Under the pieces are notes generated by a model that was not told the origin of the DNA, did not search any database, and was given only the letters and a program-made list of their open reading frames with translations. Below are positions 49,301-57,587 of a DNA stretch of 60,143 nucleotides, one piece after another (the stretch's first letter is position 1; each line of letters begins with the position of its first letter). The translations under genes were made by a program, and so were the position numbers. Location of the stretch: the NCBI GenBank assembly GCA_017938885.1, contig JAGBAS010000022.1:1-60143 (forward strand). The letters run 5' to 3'. This DNA comes from Clostridia bacterium. GTDB taxonomy: Bacteria > Bacillota > Clostridia > Oscillospirales > CAG-272.

Positions 49301-51558
49301 CCGTTAAGATCAACGAGCTGTCCGATGGCAACTATACGTTGACCGGCGCAACCGCCACCTCCATTGATCTGGTCATTGCTCCCCAAAAGGTCAAGATCAC
49401 CTGGCCCGCAACCACGACCTTCGTTTATGACGGCCAGGTGCGTACCCTGATTCCCACGGTGGTTGGTGCTGACGACGGAAAGCCCGTTGCCGTTGCCAAT
49501 TATCAGAACGGGAATTCCTTGACCAATGCTTCGACTCTGACCGTAGCCATCCGCTCTTTGTCAGATGACAACTATACCTTGACAGGCGCGACGGGCGATA
49601 CGGGTAAGCTTCTGACTATCCAGCAGCAGAAGGTCAAGATCACCTGGAGCGGCGAGACCTCTCTGGTATACGACGGACAGGCGCACGAGCTCAAGGCAGC
49701 TGTCCAGGGACAAAACGACGGCAAGACGGTTTCCATCTCCTATGAGACGGCCTATTCCTATACGAATGCAGGCCGCTATACCGTAAGCTTCCGTCTCAGC
49801 GACAACAATTATACTCTCACCGGAGCAACCGGAAGTACCTCCAACAGCATGGTCATTGAGGCGCAGACAGCCTCCATTACCTGGTCTGGCGATACCGCTG
49901 TCGTTTACGACGGTAACAGCCACACCCTTGTCCCCTCCGCCAAGGGAACCAAGGACGGCAAGACTGTGGCTCTGCGCTACACCACAGCTCAGTCCTTTAC
50001 CGCCGCCGGCGAGCATACGATCACGGTTGCCCTCAATAACAACAACTATGTTCTGGAAACCGGGGCAAAGACCAGCGCACGCCTTACCATCGCTCCCCAG
50101 GCCGTCATCATCACCTGGTCGGGCACGGGTAGCTTCGAGTATAATGCGGCCCCCCGCACGCTGACCGCAACCGTCAAGGGTAAGACCGACGGACGCGTGG
50201 TGGATATCACCTACGTGTCGGATCACAGCTTCACCGATGCAGGCGAGCATCATGCGGAGATTCGTCTCAACGACCCCAACTACACGCTGGAAGGCGCAGG
50301 CGGCTCGGTAGGTGCTAATCTGACCATTACCAAGCAGCCTGTCAAGATCACCTGGAGCGGAAACGGTACCATTACCTACGACGGAAATCCCCACACCCTG
50401 ATCGCAACGGTCGTGGGTAAGACCGACGGTAAGACCGTATCCTTCACCTACAACGGCGCGAACAGCTTCACCAACGTAGGCTCCAACACCGTCAGCGTGC
50501 AGAAGCTCAACAACAACAACTATACGCTGACAGGCGTAGCCTCCATCACGTCTCCCACGCTGAATATTCAGCCCCAGAGCGTGACCATTTCCTGGACAGG
50601 CGGAAAGACCCAGGTGTACAACGGCGCAACCCATTCTCTGACGGCTACCGTCAAGGGCGCGCTGGACGGAAAGACCCTGAACTTCACCTATTCTCAGGAG
50701 CTTCGCTCCTTCAGCCACGTAGGTGAATATCAGATCAGCGTCCGCACGCTGGCTGATTCCAACTACACCCTGGCAGGGGCCGAGAATCTCACGTCCCCCA
50801 TGCTGACCATCGTGCCTCAGCTCGTTGTCATCACCTGGAACGGCGGCGCAACCTTGACCTACGACGGACAGCCTCACGTTCTGGACGCAACCGTCAAGGG
50901 TGCCCAGGATGGACAGCCCGTATCCTTCAAGTACAACACCGACAGCCGAAGCTTCACCGATGTAGGCACGTATACTGTCAGTATCACCGAGCTGAACGAC
51001 GAGAACTACACCCTGGCTGACGTTGCCAATCGCACGTCTCCCACGCTGGTGATCCGTCCGCAGTCGGTCGTGATCGCCTGGAATTACAACGAGGATATTG
51101 TCTATGACGGGACTCCCCGCGAGCTGACCGCCACCGTAACCGGTGCCCTGGACGGCGTTGAACTGCCCTTCACCTACGTTGATGGTGACCGGAGCTTTAC
51201 CAACGTCGGTGTATACAGCTCCGGCATCCGTGAGATCAGCAATAAAAACTATACCCTGGATAACGCCATCGGACTCAAGCAGACCACAGTTTCGGTTACG
51301 CTCCGTACCGTAACGGTAGCCTGGAGCGGCGAAACTGACGTCATGTACGACGGTGCCGAGCATAAGCTCACCGCCGTGATCGACGGTCTGACCCCGGAGA
51401 CCGATTATACCGTTACCAACGCAACCTATATCGAAGCAGGAGAATATGAGTATACCGTTGAACTGCTGAACACCAACTGCCAATTCGCAGATGGAACCCG
51501 CACCGCAACCATGACTCTGAAAATCCAGGCTCTTCCCGCAGAGGAGCCCGGTGCCTGA
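43360..51558 (+). CDS. giant (2732 aa) membrane-anchored surface protein: N-terminal ~5-TM domain, BspA-type LRR segment, InlB B-repeat, ~24 MBG-type repeats
   Basis: RBS AGGAG. About 5 hydrophobic helices lie in aa 20-195. IS.GA/ISEGAI LRR_5-like units follow. FRGWYYD...IYAKW is a Listeria-Bacteroides repeat. Then ~80-aa units of the form P..V.ITW.G....YDG..H.L...V.G..DGK.V.F.Y.....TNAG.Y.V.....D.NYTL.G repeat to the C-terminus. There is no LPXTG or C-terminal anchor. Confidence 0.85.
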   Translation: MATVHRDATILHEHRKIITARYLLALVNFVAILLGTLVTRYFVMIRGSSEGLLLHINILCIINAIQIVLCLGDYILRFFCGIYSKALVTFSYIAGALWVAATGGELFVGSMDLGELRFDLLIIAGLQLLSAILAYFVWPSLDHASIRSLTRPRIRDDFKKRGIRSRIYVVEYAVFCAIMVLIQAGMLFAYRLPPRVYDLFSDTRALEYRLNSDRTGYYVAGLYRGTSSYVCVPETYNNKPVVGISSGALSDREFLSSHKVSKIDLGDPITESDGTTTYKSSLMFIESGAIRNDRIDRLHIPVSVVSISEGAIESSSLTNVVYEARADFSIGYFHCDALETVTLLGDDVGNIISLEGLASSVTIEVSKENYNRYRMNNIQYGHSLRPILSETEFYVDIYSDCDYYIESIFGVLGEPINLSVNDLVNSQMGNLVSPVVDTKAYMANKHELGTAGAKDASAFRGWYYDAAFGNECEFREGETVSFSKTTAIYAKWIDEYKAELNWGTFAALDLDAMYWTQEDRIEFPVIEDRLGYSGGVQWYVGDSDMQVTDSVGITENVTLNAVWLLDKPSLDIDPVAAGDWLSMSPDKNAVEFIYDENNVLTLNALYSHVLDEHYVGDKTVSYSLAWKKTEDESFEDSNTSLRVQNVPEAGSYVLTLVAHSPYGEESSETTNIKISIAKKELDIGDFALVKGEHFYDSLSQTIGNSGSFAHNHIKVTYTYFDENNKEVGGNSGVINAGKYTVRAFFEKDNADEAANYTTRELQSDFTIKPRELTFDNWTRGDLTYNATSQSVRLNVGGILAGDDVEIHYNNNTFTNAGNYTAEAIGVSDPNYTLAAMLEHCRYEWSIAPKEITIREWKLDGSSTATHTVTYNGNAHTITAIPNGVITGDTVGFTYAAGSDTVSATNADTYTARIIGVDNPNYTFNIQSAAAEQIWTISKKMITATFTSPDSLVYNGNQQGVTAILSGIVSADVTAFTNETFLYEGKSDILKVTATPGTVGSGQLELLFSARDASTYNASVSAISSSAGLLYQNYELTGDNSEFSIHPKTISFVNNGDYTYTGLEQNLQFAVSGIVAGDLAAVRADQFTAAQDATPIVDGAVSGAQYLLTVRGTNAKAYSIGVESFANSNYTMEPYASTIRIAQKPLTVTWSIRNEATGQVSSLLPGSYHTYNYNGYEVIPTVNGVVNGETVKLNVNDHSATDANSYTTKATLPASYSNYIMAEQNVSWTISPYVLNIRWLFNGNTAAGAIPTFTYSADTINVTPSYNLLGDDSVNLTYGKSQNRQVNAGTYEVSVTDLGNPNYTLGSGAELTWKIEPKTVTVTWSPSSSASLVYNGLYQGPQFSVDGLLESDNRFVVSTINGENAPFAVTSTESAAVYSVASAGMSVNAGQYEIIVRSISTYDSRSEAYVVDGNYKIAGPSFTLAITKRPLTLSGVWSYSGNGASGVYNASTHLIYNSKSFTLTTGISDGLVKHLGNDADVELVYTGNVEKNHSITGYTAQVSSLSGDHANNYSIPTAGAIHSWNIDPKSVNFTWIQNSFVFNGSDRTQNAEYQTNAANDTDGKVYSGDTVTMIYADNQKSHAGSYTARITALSNGNYVIGENSSYEWSIAPKPISLTWNTGSFVYNGTVQRPIASYSGATGVTVTEYTTVNSRNVGEYTITAQALSNPDYVIDGNATKSYTITPLTIQLNWRYSGTNTNVGNFTYDKVKKTVEAYAINLCTGDTVEFTYNPGSRDILNAGSYTFTVTALSNSNYQLVTGSSNAEKTVVISPRTVTISWGTISFTYDGREHSLIPTVTGVSSSDEISFKLKPGSTSLTNVGSVKVEIDSLDDPNYKLPTSNLSKTLTINPQPVTITWTGSPTVTFDGQSHTLMPTVVGTNDKKTVSFVYEGYYSRTNAGSQVITVTGLEDDNYTLTGATGSKSQTLKINPRPVNVSWAGDTSVTFDGNPHSVIATVTGVNGNAVGFSYGSTNNTQINAGNYTVKINELSDGNYTLTGATATSIDLVIAPQKVKITWPATTTFVYDGQVRTLIPTVVGADDGKPVAVANYQNGNSLTNASTLTVAIRSLSDDNYTLTGATGDTGKLLTIQQQKVKITWSGETSLVYDGQAHELKAAVQGQNDGKTVSISYETAYSYTNAGRYTVSFRLSDNNYTLTGATGSTSNSMVIEAQTASITWSGDTAVVYDGNSHTLVPSAKGTKDGKTVALRYTTAQSFTAAGEHTITVALNNNNYVLETGAKTSARLTIAPQAVIITWSGTGSFEYNAAPRTLTATVKGKTDGRVVDITYVSDHSFTDAGEHHAEIRLNDPNYTLEGAGGSVGANLTITKQPVKITWSGNGTITYDGNPHTLIATVVGKTDGKTVSFTYNGANSFTNVGSNTVSVQKLNNNNYTLTGVASITSPTLNIQPQSVTISWTGGKTQVYNGATHSLTATVKGALDGKTLNFTYSQELRSFSHVGEYQISVRTLADSNYTLAGAENLTSPMLTIVPQLVVITWNGGATLTYDGQPHVLDATVKGAQDGQPVSFKYNTDSRSFTDVGTYTVSITELNDENYTLADVANRTSPTLVIRPQSVVIAWNYNEDIVYDGTPRELTATVTGALDGVELPFTYVDGDRSFTNVGVYSSGIREISNKNYTLDNAIGLKQTTVSVTLRTVTVAWSGETDVMYDGAEHKLTAVIDGLTPETDYTVTNATYIEAGEYEYTVELLNTNCQFADGTRTATMTLKIQALPAEEPGA
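45378..51527 (+). repeat. in-frame tandem array of ~24 MBG-like coding repeats (~230-270 bp each)
   Basis: Recurrent ...I.P+.(V/I)T(I/V)(T/S)W... boundaries and NYT(L/F) motifs. The 3' half (48890-51527) is very regular at ~240 bp. The DNA copies have diverged at synonymous sites. Confidence 0.8.
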
Positions 51559-51580
51559 GCGGCTTTTCAAAAGCTGCTCA

Positions 51581-51610
51581 GTGGGGTCGGCCGAAAAAGG
51601 CCGACCCCAC
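51581..51610 (+). other. GC-rich intercistronic hairpin (possible weak terminator or mRNA stabiliser)
   Basis: Perfect 12-bp stem GTGGGGTCGGCC paired with GGCCGACCCCAC, with loop GAAAAA. No T-run follows (CCTACAAG). Confidence 0.45.
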
Positions 51611-51636
51611 CCTACAAGAAAACGAGGTACGTAAGC

Positions 51637-52395
51637 ATGAGCGAAAATTCAAAAAGCCTGACCGTGAACAGTATCGGTATTTGCGTAGCGGCAACCACCG
51701 ATAAGAAAACGCCTCCCTGCATCATAGTCGCCTATTCCGTCGGTCAGACAGCAGAGGATATTCGCTTACTGGCCATGAATCTCCCCCGTAAGGGCCTATA
51801 CGGAAGGGGAGATTTTCTGAACGCGATCGCCAAGGCCGAAAAAGCACGCCAAGTGATTTACAAGGACTATAACTGTGAGGATAAGGATCTGTATATCTGC
51901 CGTCCCGCAGTCGGAGATACATATGAGATTATTCCGAGAGACGAAAGAGCCCAACGTTTCGGACAGGGCTTTGCCGAGATCGAAACGGCCGCTTTGAAAT
52001 TCGAGGTAGAGGAGCTCTCGGTTCATATCGGGAAAAAGCTTTCCTGTCGTTTCCTCTATCGGGTACAAGCCGAATATCCTGTTGACAGCTACGAGTACGC
52101 TACCGTCAACGCCTATAACGCCTGCCTTCTGGGACGAGTGTTTTCCCGCGAAGAGTTCCGCCTGGAAACGGGAGACGGAAAAAAAGCGAAATACGAGGTA
52201 CGTACTTCGGAGTCCAAATACGTGGATATGTCCACGCTCTACGTCCGTTCCGTCAAAAATTCCGAGCAGGGTGTGGTGGAGTACTACGTTACAGAGCCGC
52301 TTTTGGAGATCAACGGAGAGGATATGACCCGAAAAACCTACCAGATCATATACAAGAATATTTTGAAGGATTACAGTATTAACAGATTCGATTAA
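51637..52395 (+). CDS. hypothetical cytoplasmic protein (orphan)
   Basis: 252-aa ORF with a GAGG RBS, wedged between the two giant genes. It has no TM segment and I recognise no family. Confidence 0.55.
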   Translation: MSENSKSLTVNSIGICVAATTDKKTPPCIIVAYSVGQTAEDIRLLAMNLPRKGLYGRGDFLNAIAKAEKARQVIYKDYNCEDKDLYICRPAVGDTYEIIPRDERAQRFGQGFAEIETAALKFEVEELSVHIGKKLSCRFLYRVQAEYPVDSYEYATVNAYNACLLGRVFSREEFRLETGDGKKAKYEVRTSESKYVDMSTLYVRSVKNSEQGVVEYYVTEPLLEINGEDMTRKTYQIIYKNILKDYSINRFD

Positions 52396-52414
52396 AAGGG
52401 ATGGACAAAGCATC

Positions 52415-55400
52415 ATGAGTAGAAAAAAGAAAAACCCGAAAAATACCCCCGCAGAGCCCGCGCTTGAAACCGACGCGGATTATTCTGCACAGGAAACCGA
52501 AGCCACGGCAGGGGAGCAGGAAGAGGTCGTCTCCGAAGAGAGTACGTCATCCGATTTTGATTCGGTTGCCGAGACCCCAACGGCTGTTCCCGAGCCCGAT
52601 ATGAATTCCGGAGCGGAAGAAGCGGATAAGCCGGAAGAGACTGCCGAAGGCGTGGGACATGCGGAACAAGCTGAGGCTTCTGCGACGGAAAACACGATGG
52701 AGGCTACTGGAATACCCGATGTCACGCCCGCTTCTCAGGACGAGATTACTTCCGAAGAAGAGGTGTCCTCCGAGGAGCAAGGCTCTGTCGAGTCGCTTAC
52801 TGAGGGCGATATGGCTGCGTCAGAGCCGGAAGAAGCACAGGAAGAGCCTACGGAGGATTTACCCGAGCCGGAGCCCGAGGTGTACGTCGGCCCGAACGAT
52901 GATATGGTCTTTAGAGAGGATATTCATCTTGAGGAGATCCCCCCCGAAGAGCCCCTGCCTATCTCTGAGGCCGCCCGCTATTTGAACCGCCGCGTTCCCG
53001 GTGAGCTGAATAATTCCGCCATCATGTTGAATCGCGTGGGCTGTAATCTGGGTGACTGCAAAAAGAAGGATCGATACCTGGTTACGGACCGCTACGTTGT
53101 CCTTGAATACGGCTATCTTTCCCGTATCCCTCTCAGCATCCTGTGGCGGATCGCCCACGGGGAGGATGCTAAAGCCATCGAAGCCGAGCGAGCCAAGAAC
53201 GCAAAGAAAAAGAAGCGACACTACGGCTTGATGGATCCCGAGCATTCCCTGGAGATCACCTATACAGAGGCACAGTGGAGAGGGGATCTGGCGCGTCTGA
53301 CCGCGTATATTCACAAGAAGAAGGGCGAAGAAGAGAATCTTCCCGTTTGCCTGGATGATGTGTGGCTCCTCAGCGAATTCGATTTCCGTGCGGCTTTCCT
53401 GCACCGAGCTACCCAGGCGATCCGTCTGATCCAGTTGGCCATCCTGGCCGAGGCGCGGCAGAATCGTATTCTGGAGGAGACCTGGGAGAATATCCGTCAA
53501 TATAAGTACCGCGTCCAGCTGGAAAAATCCAGGGGTGGTATCTTCACCGAGGAGGATGCATACAGACTTCGTTGCCATGGTATCCGTTACCTGAACGATC
53601 TTCGCAAGCATACCGTCTACGAGATCAAAAATACGCTCATCGAGCACGATATGTGCCACGTGGTGGAGGAGATCAACGACGCATTCCGCGAGGATCTGGC
53701 CAGACGGCGGGATCGTCGCCTTCAGGTTGGGCCCTTCCTGTCGGGCTTCATAAATCTGATCGCAACGGGTGTCGTTGCTTACATGTATCAGTATACCCTC
53801 ATTAAGAACCAGCTCATGACCGTGGTTATCATAGCCCTGCTGGCTCTGTGGGCCATCACCATTCCGACCATCCTGTTTGCCGCGATCCGCGCCGTATACC
53901 GACGGCACACGCGCCGCAAGGATTACTACTATTTCAACCGTCCCGTCCGCATAACGACAGCACTGTATTCCCTTGCCTCCATATTCATTCTGCTGTCCTG
54001 CGTTGTGTTCTACGAGCGTTATGACGGATACGACAGCCAGTATTTTTACCGTGATCTTGAAGGCGGCAGCATCGCCATTGCCGGTCGATTCAACAAACAG
54101 ATGACCAGCTGCGAGATCCCTTCGTCCATTGACGGTAAGCCCGTCACCGAGGTGGATCTGTTCGCCTTCTACAACAGCCCCATCCACACCGTGACACTCC
54201 CCGAAAGCATTCAACGCGTGGACACCGGTGCATTCATGAACTGCTCTCAGCTCAAGAATGTAACTCTGAACCAGGGGCTGAGCGAGATTGGGAATCACGC
54301 TTTCCGCGAATGTTTACAACTGAATCGGATCGAGCTCCCGAGCTCTGTTACCTCCCTCGGAACCAATGCATTCCGAAATGCCGCACTCACCTCCATCGAT
54401 CTCAGCGTGACGCCTCTGACTGAGCTTCCCGAGGGTAGCTTCCGGGATTGCATCTATCTTACGGAGCTGATTGGTTTGGAGCAGATCACGGTGATCGGTG
54501 ATTACGCCTTCAACGGATGCCAAAGTCTTCCTGCGCTCTCCTTCTCCTCGGAGTTGGAGACCATAGGAGAGGGTGCTTTCGCATACTGCAACGGCATTAT
54601 GGAGCTGACCGTTCCCAACGGCGTTACCTCCATCGGTAAAAATGCCTTTGACTACTGTCAGAATCTCAGACGGATCACCCTGCCCTTCGGAGCCGTTTCC
54701 CCTACCGACGTGGATCACGGCTCTCTGAACGACATAGTCCATTTCGACAGCAAGGGCTTCCTCGTAACTTTGGTCTTTACGGGCAATACTGCGCCCGGCT
54801 CCAATGCGCTGAGGGGTATTGATTGGGTCGAAGCCATCATCCTGGAAGAGGGAATTACCGAGATCCATTCGAACGCGTTCAGCGGAAAGAAAAAACTCAA
54901 GAGCATATATCTGCCCTCGTCCCTGGAAAAGCTGGGTGATAACGCTCTGCGGGATTGCACCGCGCTGACTGAAATTTCGGGAGGGGAAAGCCTCCGAATC
55001 CTCGGCAAGAATGCCCTGCGCGGATGCGAAAAGCTGACCGAGGTTGGGCTTCCCGCGCTGGAGGAGATTGGCGAGAACGCTTTCCGCGATTGCACGGCAC
55101 TTTATAACCTGGAAGGATTGGCGAATGCGACAACCATCGGTGACAGTGCCTTCCGGGATTGCGTCAAGCTGAATCGGGTCAGCTTCTCTGAAAATCTGAC
55201 CGATATCGGTGCCGCCGCCTTCCGCGGATGCCACGCTCTGGTTGAGATTCGTGTTCCCTCCGGCGTTACCTCCATCGGGCTCGGGGCCTTTACGGATCTT
55301 CCCGCACTCAAGTCTGCTTCGGTTCCGTTTACCGGTACCAACCCCGAAAACAGTCTGGATATGCCCCTGTTCCTCATCCTGGATTGCAACGATAAGGATC

Positions 55401-57565
55401 GCGCAATCTCGCTTGAAATCACCGCTATGCAAACCCTGGAGCGCACCTGCTTCCGCGGATGCTCCTCTGTCTCGATCCTGACCGTCGGTGATACCTGTCA
55501 AACTTTAGAGGAAGCCGTATTCAAGAATACCTCCATCCGAGAGATCACGCTTCCCGAATCTCTCACGGCTATTCCGAAGGATGCATTCAAGAACTGCGAC
55601 AGCCTCACGACCGTAAAGGGCGGATTGGTTTCCGAAATCGGCGAATCTGCTTTTGAGAATTGTAAAAAGCTCGTAAGCGTTGCAGGTATCGCCACGGCTC
55701 AGGTTATTCAGGACAAAGCTTTCAAAGGCTGTTCTGTCCTGGAGAACGTAACCTTCAGCGAGGCACTTGAAAGTATCGGAAAGGAAGCATTCCGAGGATG
55801 CAGTAAGTTCACAGCGATCACCGTCCCGAAGGGCACGGCATATCTGGGTGAATCGGCCTTTGCCGAAACAACAGCGGTGAAGAGCATCACCGTTCCCTTT
55901 GCCGGTATGAATGCTGCGGGAGATCCTACCGGATCTCTTGGCGATGTGTTTGCCTGTGGCGACGGTGCTTCGGATGTCAGCGTCACGATTACCGTCATGA
56001 CCGATACGAAAGAGACCTCCTTCGCAGGCTGTACGGCCATTACGCGCATGACCATTGCCTCTCCCATGACGAGACTGGGAAGCGGAAGCTTTGCAGGACT
56101 TTCGGTTCAGGACGTAACCCTTCCCGATACCCTTACCGCCATCGGCTCCCGCGCCTTTGCGGATTGCGCTCATCTCAAGAGTATTTCCGGAACCGACAAC
56201 GTCGTGTCCTTGGAGGAATCTGCATTTTTCGGATGCCGCTCTCTGACTGCCTTTGACCTCACCAATGTCCAAAGCATCGGGAATACCTGCTTCGAAGGCT
56301 GTCCTTCTCTCGCCAATATCGGAGAACTCAAATCGGTCAATCTCATTGGCGCGAACGCTTTCAAGGACTGCTCCTCTCTGAAATCCATTATCCTGTCCGC
56401 TCCGCTGGAGCAGATTCCGGAATCCGCCTTTGCCGGTAGCGGCATAACCGAGATGGTACTGCCCGAAACGGTAACGGCCCTTGGCAAGTCCTCCTTCCGG
56501 AATTGTATTGCCTTGGTAAAGATCACTCTTCCCGCCGGCCTCAACAGCATTGGCGAGGAAGCTCTGCGCGGCTGTACTGCCCTCACGGAGATCAATACCG
56601 ACACCACGGCTCTGAACCGGATCGATGCATACGCATTTGCGGATTGCACGAGTCTGAGTACGTTGACACTACCCGTCACCGTAACCCGAATTCCCGAAGG
56701 TATGGCACAGAATTGCCGGAACCTGAGTCTTGCGGGCTTGGATCAGCTCCCGCTGACCGAAATCGGTGGCCATGCTTTCGAGAATTGCTCCTTCCTCAAT
56801 ATGGCACTCCTCCTGGGTGATGGACTGATGACCATTGGGGAAAAGGCCTTCTACGGATGCTCCGCCGTTTCTCTCTACGTTCCCGATTCTGTGAATTCCA
56901 TCGGTAGCTCGGCTTTCGATGCCTGCCCCAAGCTTGCAGAGGTGGTTCTGCCCTACGTGGGAAGCTCGGTAGATACTGTCGGGGCCGGTTACAGCCATGT
57001 ATTCGGTACCACAAAGGTGCAAAACCTAACACTGACCAACATGACGGTCATCGAAGACGATACCTTCAAGGGAGCAGAGAACAGCTTGAGAAGTCTTACC
57101 CTGAACGAAGGCGTGACCGAGATCCAAAAGAAGGCTTTCCGAAATTTCTCGGTGCTTTCCGAAATCACCCTTCCCGAGACGCTGACTCTCATCGGAGCCT
57201 CCGCCTTTGAGAATTGTACCTCTCTGTCTTCTGTCCGCATTCCTGCGGCCGTTGCCGAGATCCCCGCCAAGAGCTTCAAGAACTGCACAGGCCTCAAGAA
57301 GTTGGAGCTCGTTGAAGGAAATCTGACCGTTTTGGGATCGGAAGCCTTCAGGGGCTGTACCTCTCTGAAAGAAGTAACCTTCCCGACAGGGGTCGTTACC
57401 CTGGAGAGAAACACCTTCCGTGACTGTATCTCCCTGGTGGCCGTGACCTTCTCGGATACCATGACGGACGTTCACAAGAAAGCCTTCATGGGCTGTAATC
57501 CCGCAACCGTAAATATTCCCGAAAATCTGACATCTCAATACGCCGGGCTCTTCGAAAGCAAGTGA
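52415..57565 (+). CDS. giant (1716 aa) receptor-like membrane protein: acidic disordered N-terminus, ~280-aa helical cytoplasmic domain, ~3 TM, ~1150-aa BspA-type LRR ectodomain
   Basis: An E/S/T/A-rich tract covers aa 1-165. The TM block lies at about 53726-54020. It is followed by dozens of LRR_5-type units (IG..AF..C..L..I.LP..(L/V)..I). Confidence 0.85.
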   Translation: MSRKKKNPKNTPAEPALETDADYSAQETEATAGEQEEVVSEESTSSDFDSVAETPTAVPEPDMNSGAEEADKPEETAEGVGHAEQAEASATENTMEATGIPDVTPASQDEITSEEEVSSEEQGSVESLTEGDMAASEPEEAQEEPTEDLPEPEPEVYVGPNDDMVFREDIHLEEIPPEEPLPISEAARYLNRRVPGELNNSAIMLNRVGCNLGDCKKKDRYLVTDRYVVLEYGYLSRIPLSILWRIAHGEDAKAIEAERAKNAKKKKRHYGLMDPEHSLEITYTEAQWRGDLARLTAYIHKKKGEEENLPVCLDDVWLLSEFDFRAAFLHRATQAIRLIQLAILAEARQNRILEETWENIRQYKYRVQLEKSRGGIFTEEDAYRLRCHGIRYLNDLRKHTVYEIKNTLIEHDMCHVVEEINDAFREDLARRRDRRLQVGPFLSGFINLIATGVVAYMYQYTLIKNQLMTVVIIALLALWAITIPTILFAAIRAVYRRHTRRKDYYYFNRPVRITTALYSLASIFILLSCVVFYERYDGYDSQYFYRDLEGGSIAIAGRFNKQMTSCEIPSSIDGKPVTEVDLFAFYNSPIHTVTLPESIQRVDTGAFMNCSQLKNVTLNQGLSEIGNHAFRECLQLNRIELPSSVTSLGTNAFRNAALTSIDLSVTPLTELPEGSFRDCIYLTELIGLEQITVIGDYAFNGCQSLPALSFSSELETIGEGAFAYCNGIMELTVPNGVTSIGKNAFDYCQNLRRITLPFGAVSPTDVDHGSLNDIVHFDSKGFLVTLVFTGNTAPGSNALRGIDWVEAIILEEGITEIHSNAFSGKKKLKSIYLPSSLEKLGDNALRDCTALTEISGGESLRILGKNALRGCEKLTEVGLPALEEIGENAFRDCTALYNLEGLANATTIGDSAFRDCVKLNRVSFSENLTDIGAAAFRGCHALVEIRVPSGVTSIGLGAFTDLPALKSASVPFTGTNPENSLDMPLFLILDCNDKDRAISLEITAMQTLERTCFRGCSSVSILTVGDTCQTLEEAVFKNTSIREITLPESLTAIPKDAFKNCDSLTTVKGGLVSEIGESAFENCKKLVSVAGIATAQVIQDKAFKGCSVLENVTFSEALESIGKEAFRGCSKFTAITVPKGTAYLGESAFAETTAVKSITVPFAGMNAAGDPTGSLGDVFACGDGASDVSVTITVMTDTKETSFAGCTAITRMTIASPMTRLGSGSFAGLSVQDVTLPDTLTAIGSRAFADCAHLKSISGTDNVVSLEESAFFGCRSLTAFDLTNVQSIGNTCFEGCPSLANIGELKSVNLIGANAFKDCSSLKSIILSAPLEQIPESAFAGSGITEMVLPETVTALGKSSFRNCIALVKITLPAGLNSIGEEALRGCTALTEINTDTTALNRIDAYAFADCTSLSTLTLPVTVTRIPEGMAQNCRNLSLAGLDQLPLTEIGGHAFENCSFLNMALLLGDGLMTIGEKAFYGCSAVSLYVPDSVNSIGSSAFDACPKLAEVVLPYVGSSVDTVGAGYSHVFGTTKVQNLTLTNMTVIEDDTFKGAENSLRSLTLNEGVTEIQKKAFRNFSVLSEITLPETLTLIGASAFENCTSLSSVRIPAAVAEIPAKSFKNCTGLKKLELVEGNLTVLGSEAFRGCTSLKEVTFPTGVVTLERNTFRDCISLVAVTFSDTMTDVHKKAFMGCNPATVNIPENLTSQYAGLFESK
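54071..57520 (+). repeat. in-frame BspA-type leucine-rich-repeat array
   Basis: Recurrent ~23-25-aa units containing AF..C..L, seen throughout the translated ORF. Confidence 0.75.
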
Positions 57566-57587
57566 TGCATGGCCCTGCGGCGTTCGC

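Noticed and set aside
45378-51527. Regular ~240-bp periodicity that could suggest a repeat array or CRISPR-like locus.
   Set aside because: The period is far longer than CRISPR repeat-spacer units. The repeats are in frame within one ORF, have diverged at synonymous positions, and translate to MBG-type domains.
44095-51570. Three very long minus-strand ORFs (44095-45984, 46198-49386, 49561-51570) antisense to the MBG giant gene.
   Set aside because: Their codons are exact reverse complements of the sense codons; for example 49386-43360+1 is divisible by 3. They stay open only because the sense gene avoids TTA, CTA and TCA codons. The translations are low-complexity Gly/Val/Asp/Arg strings with no RBS or motifs.
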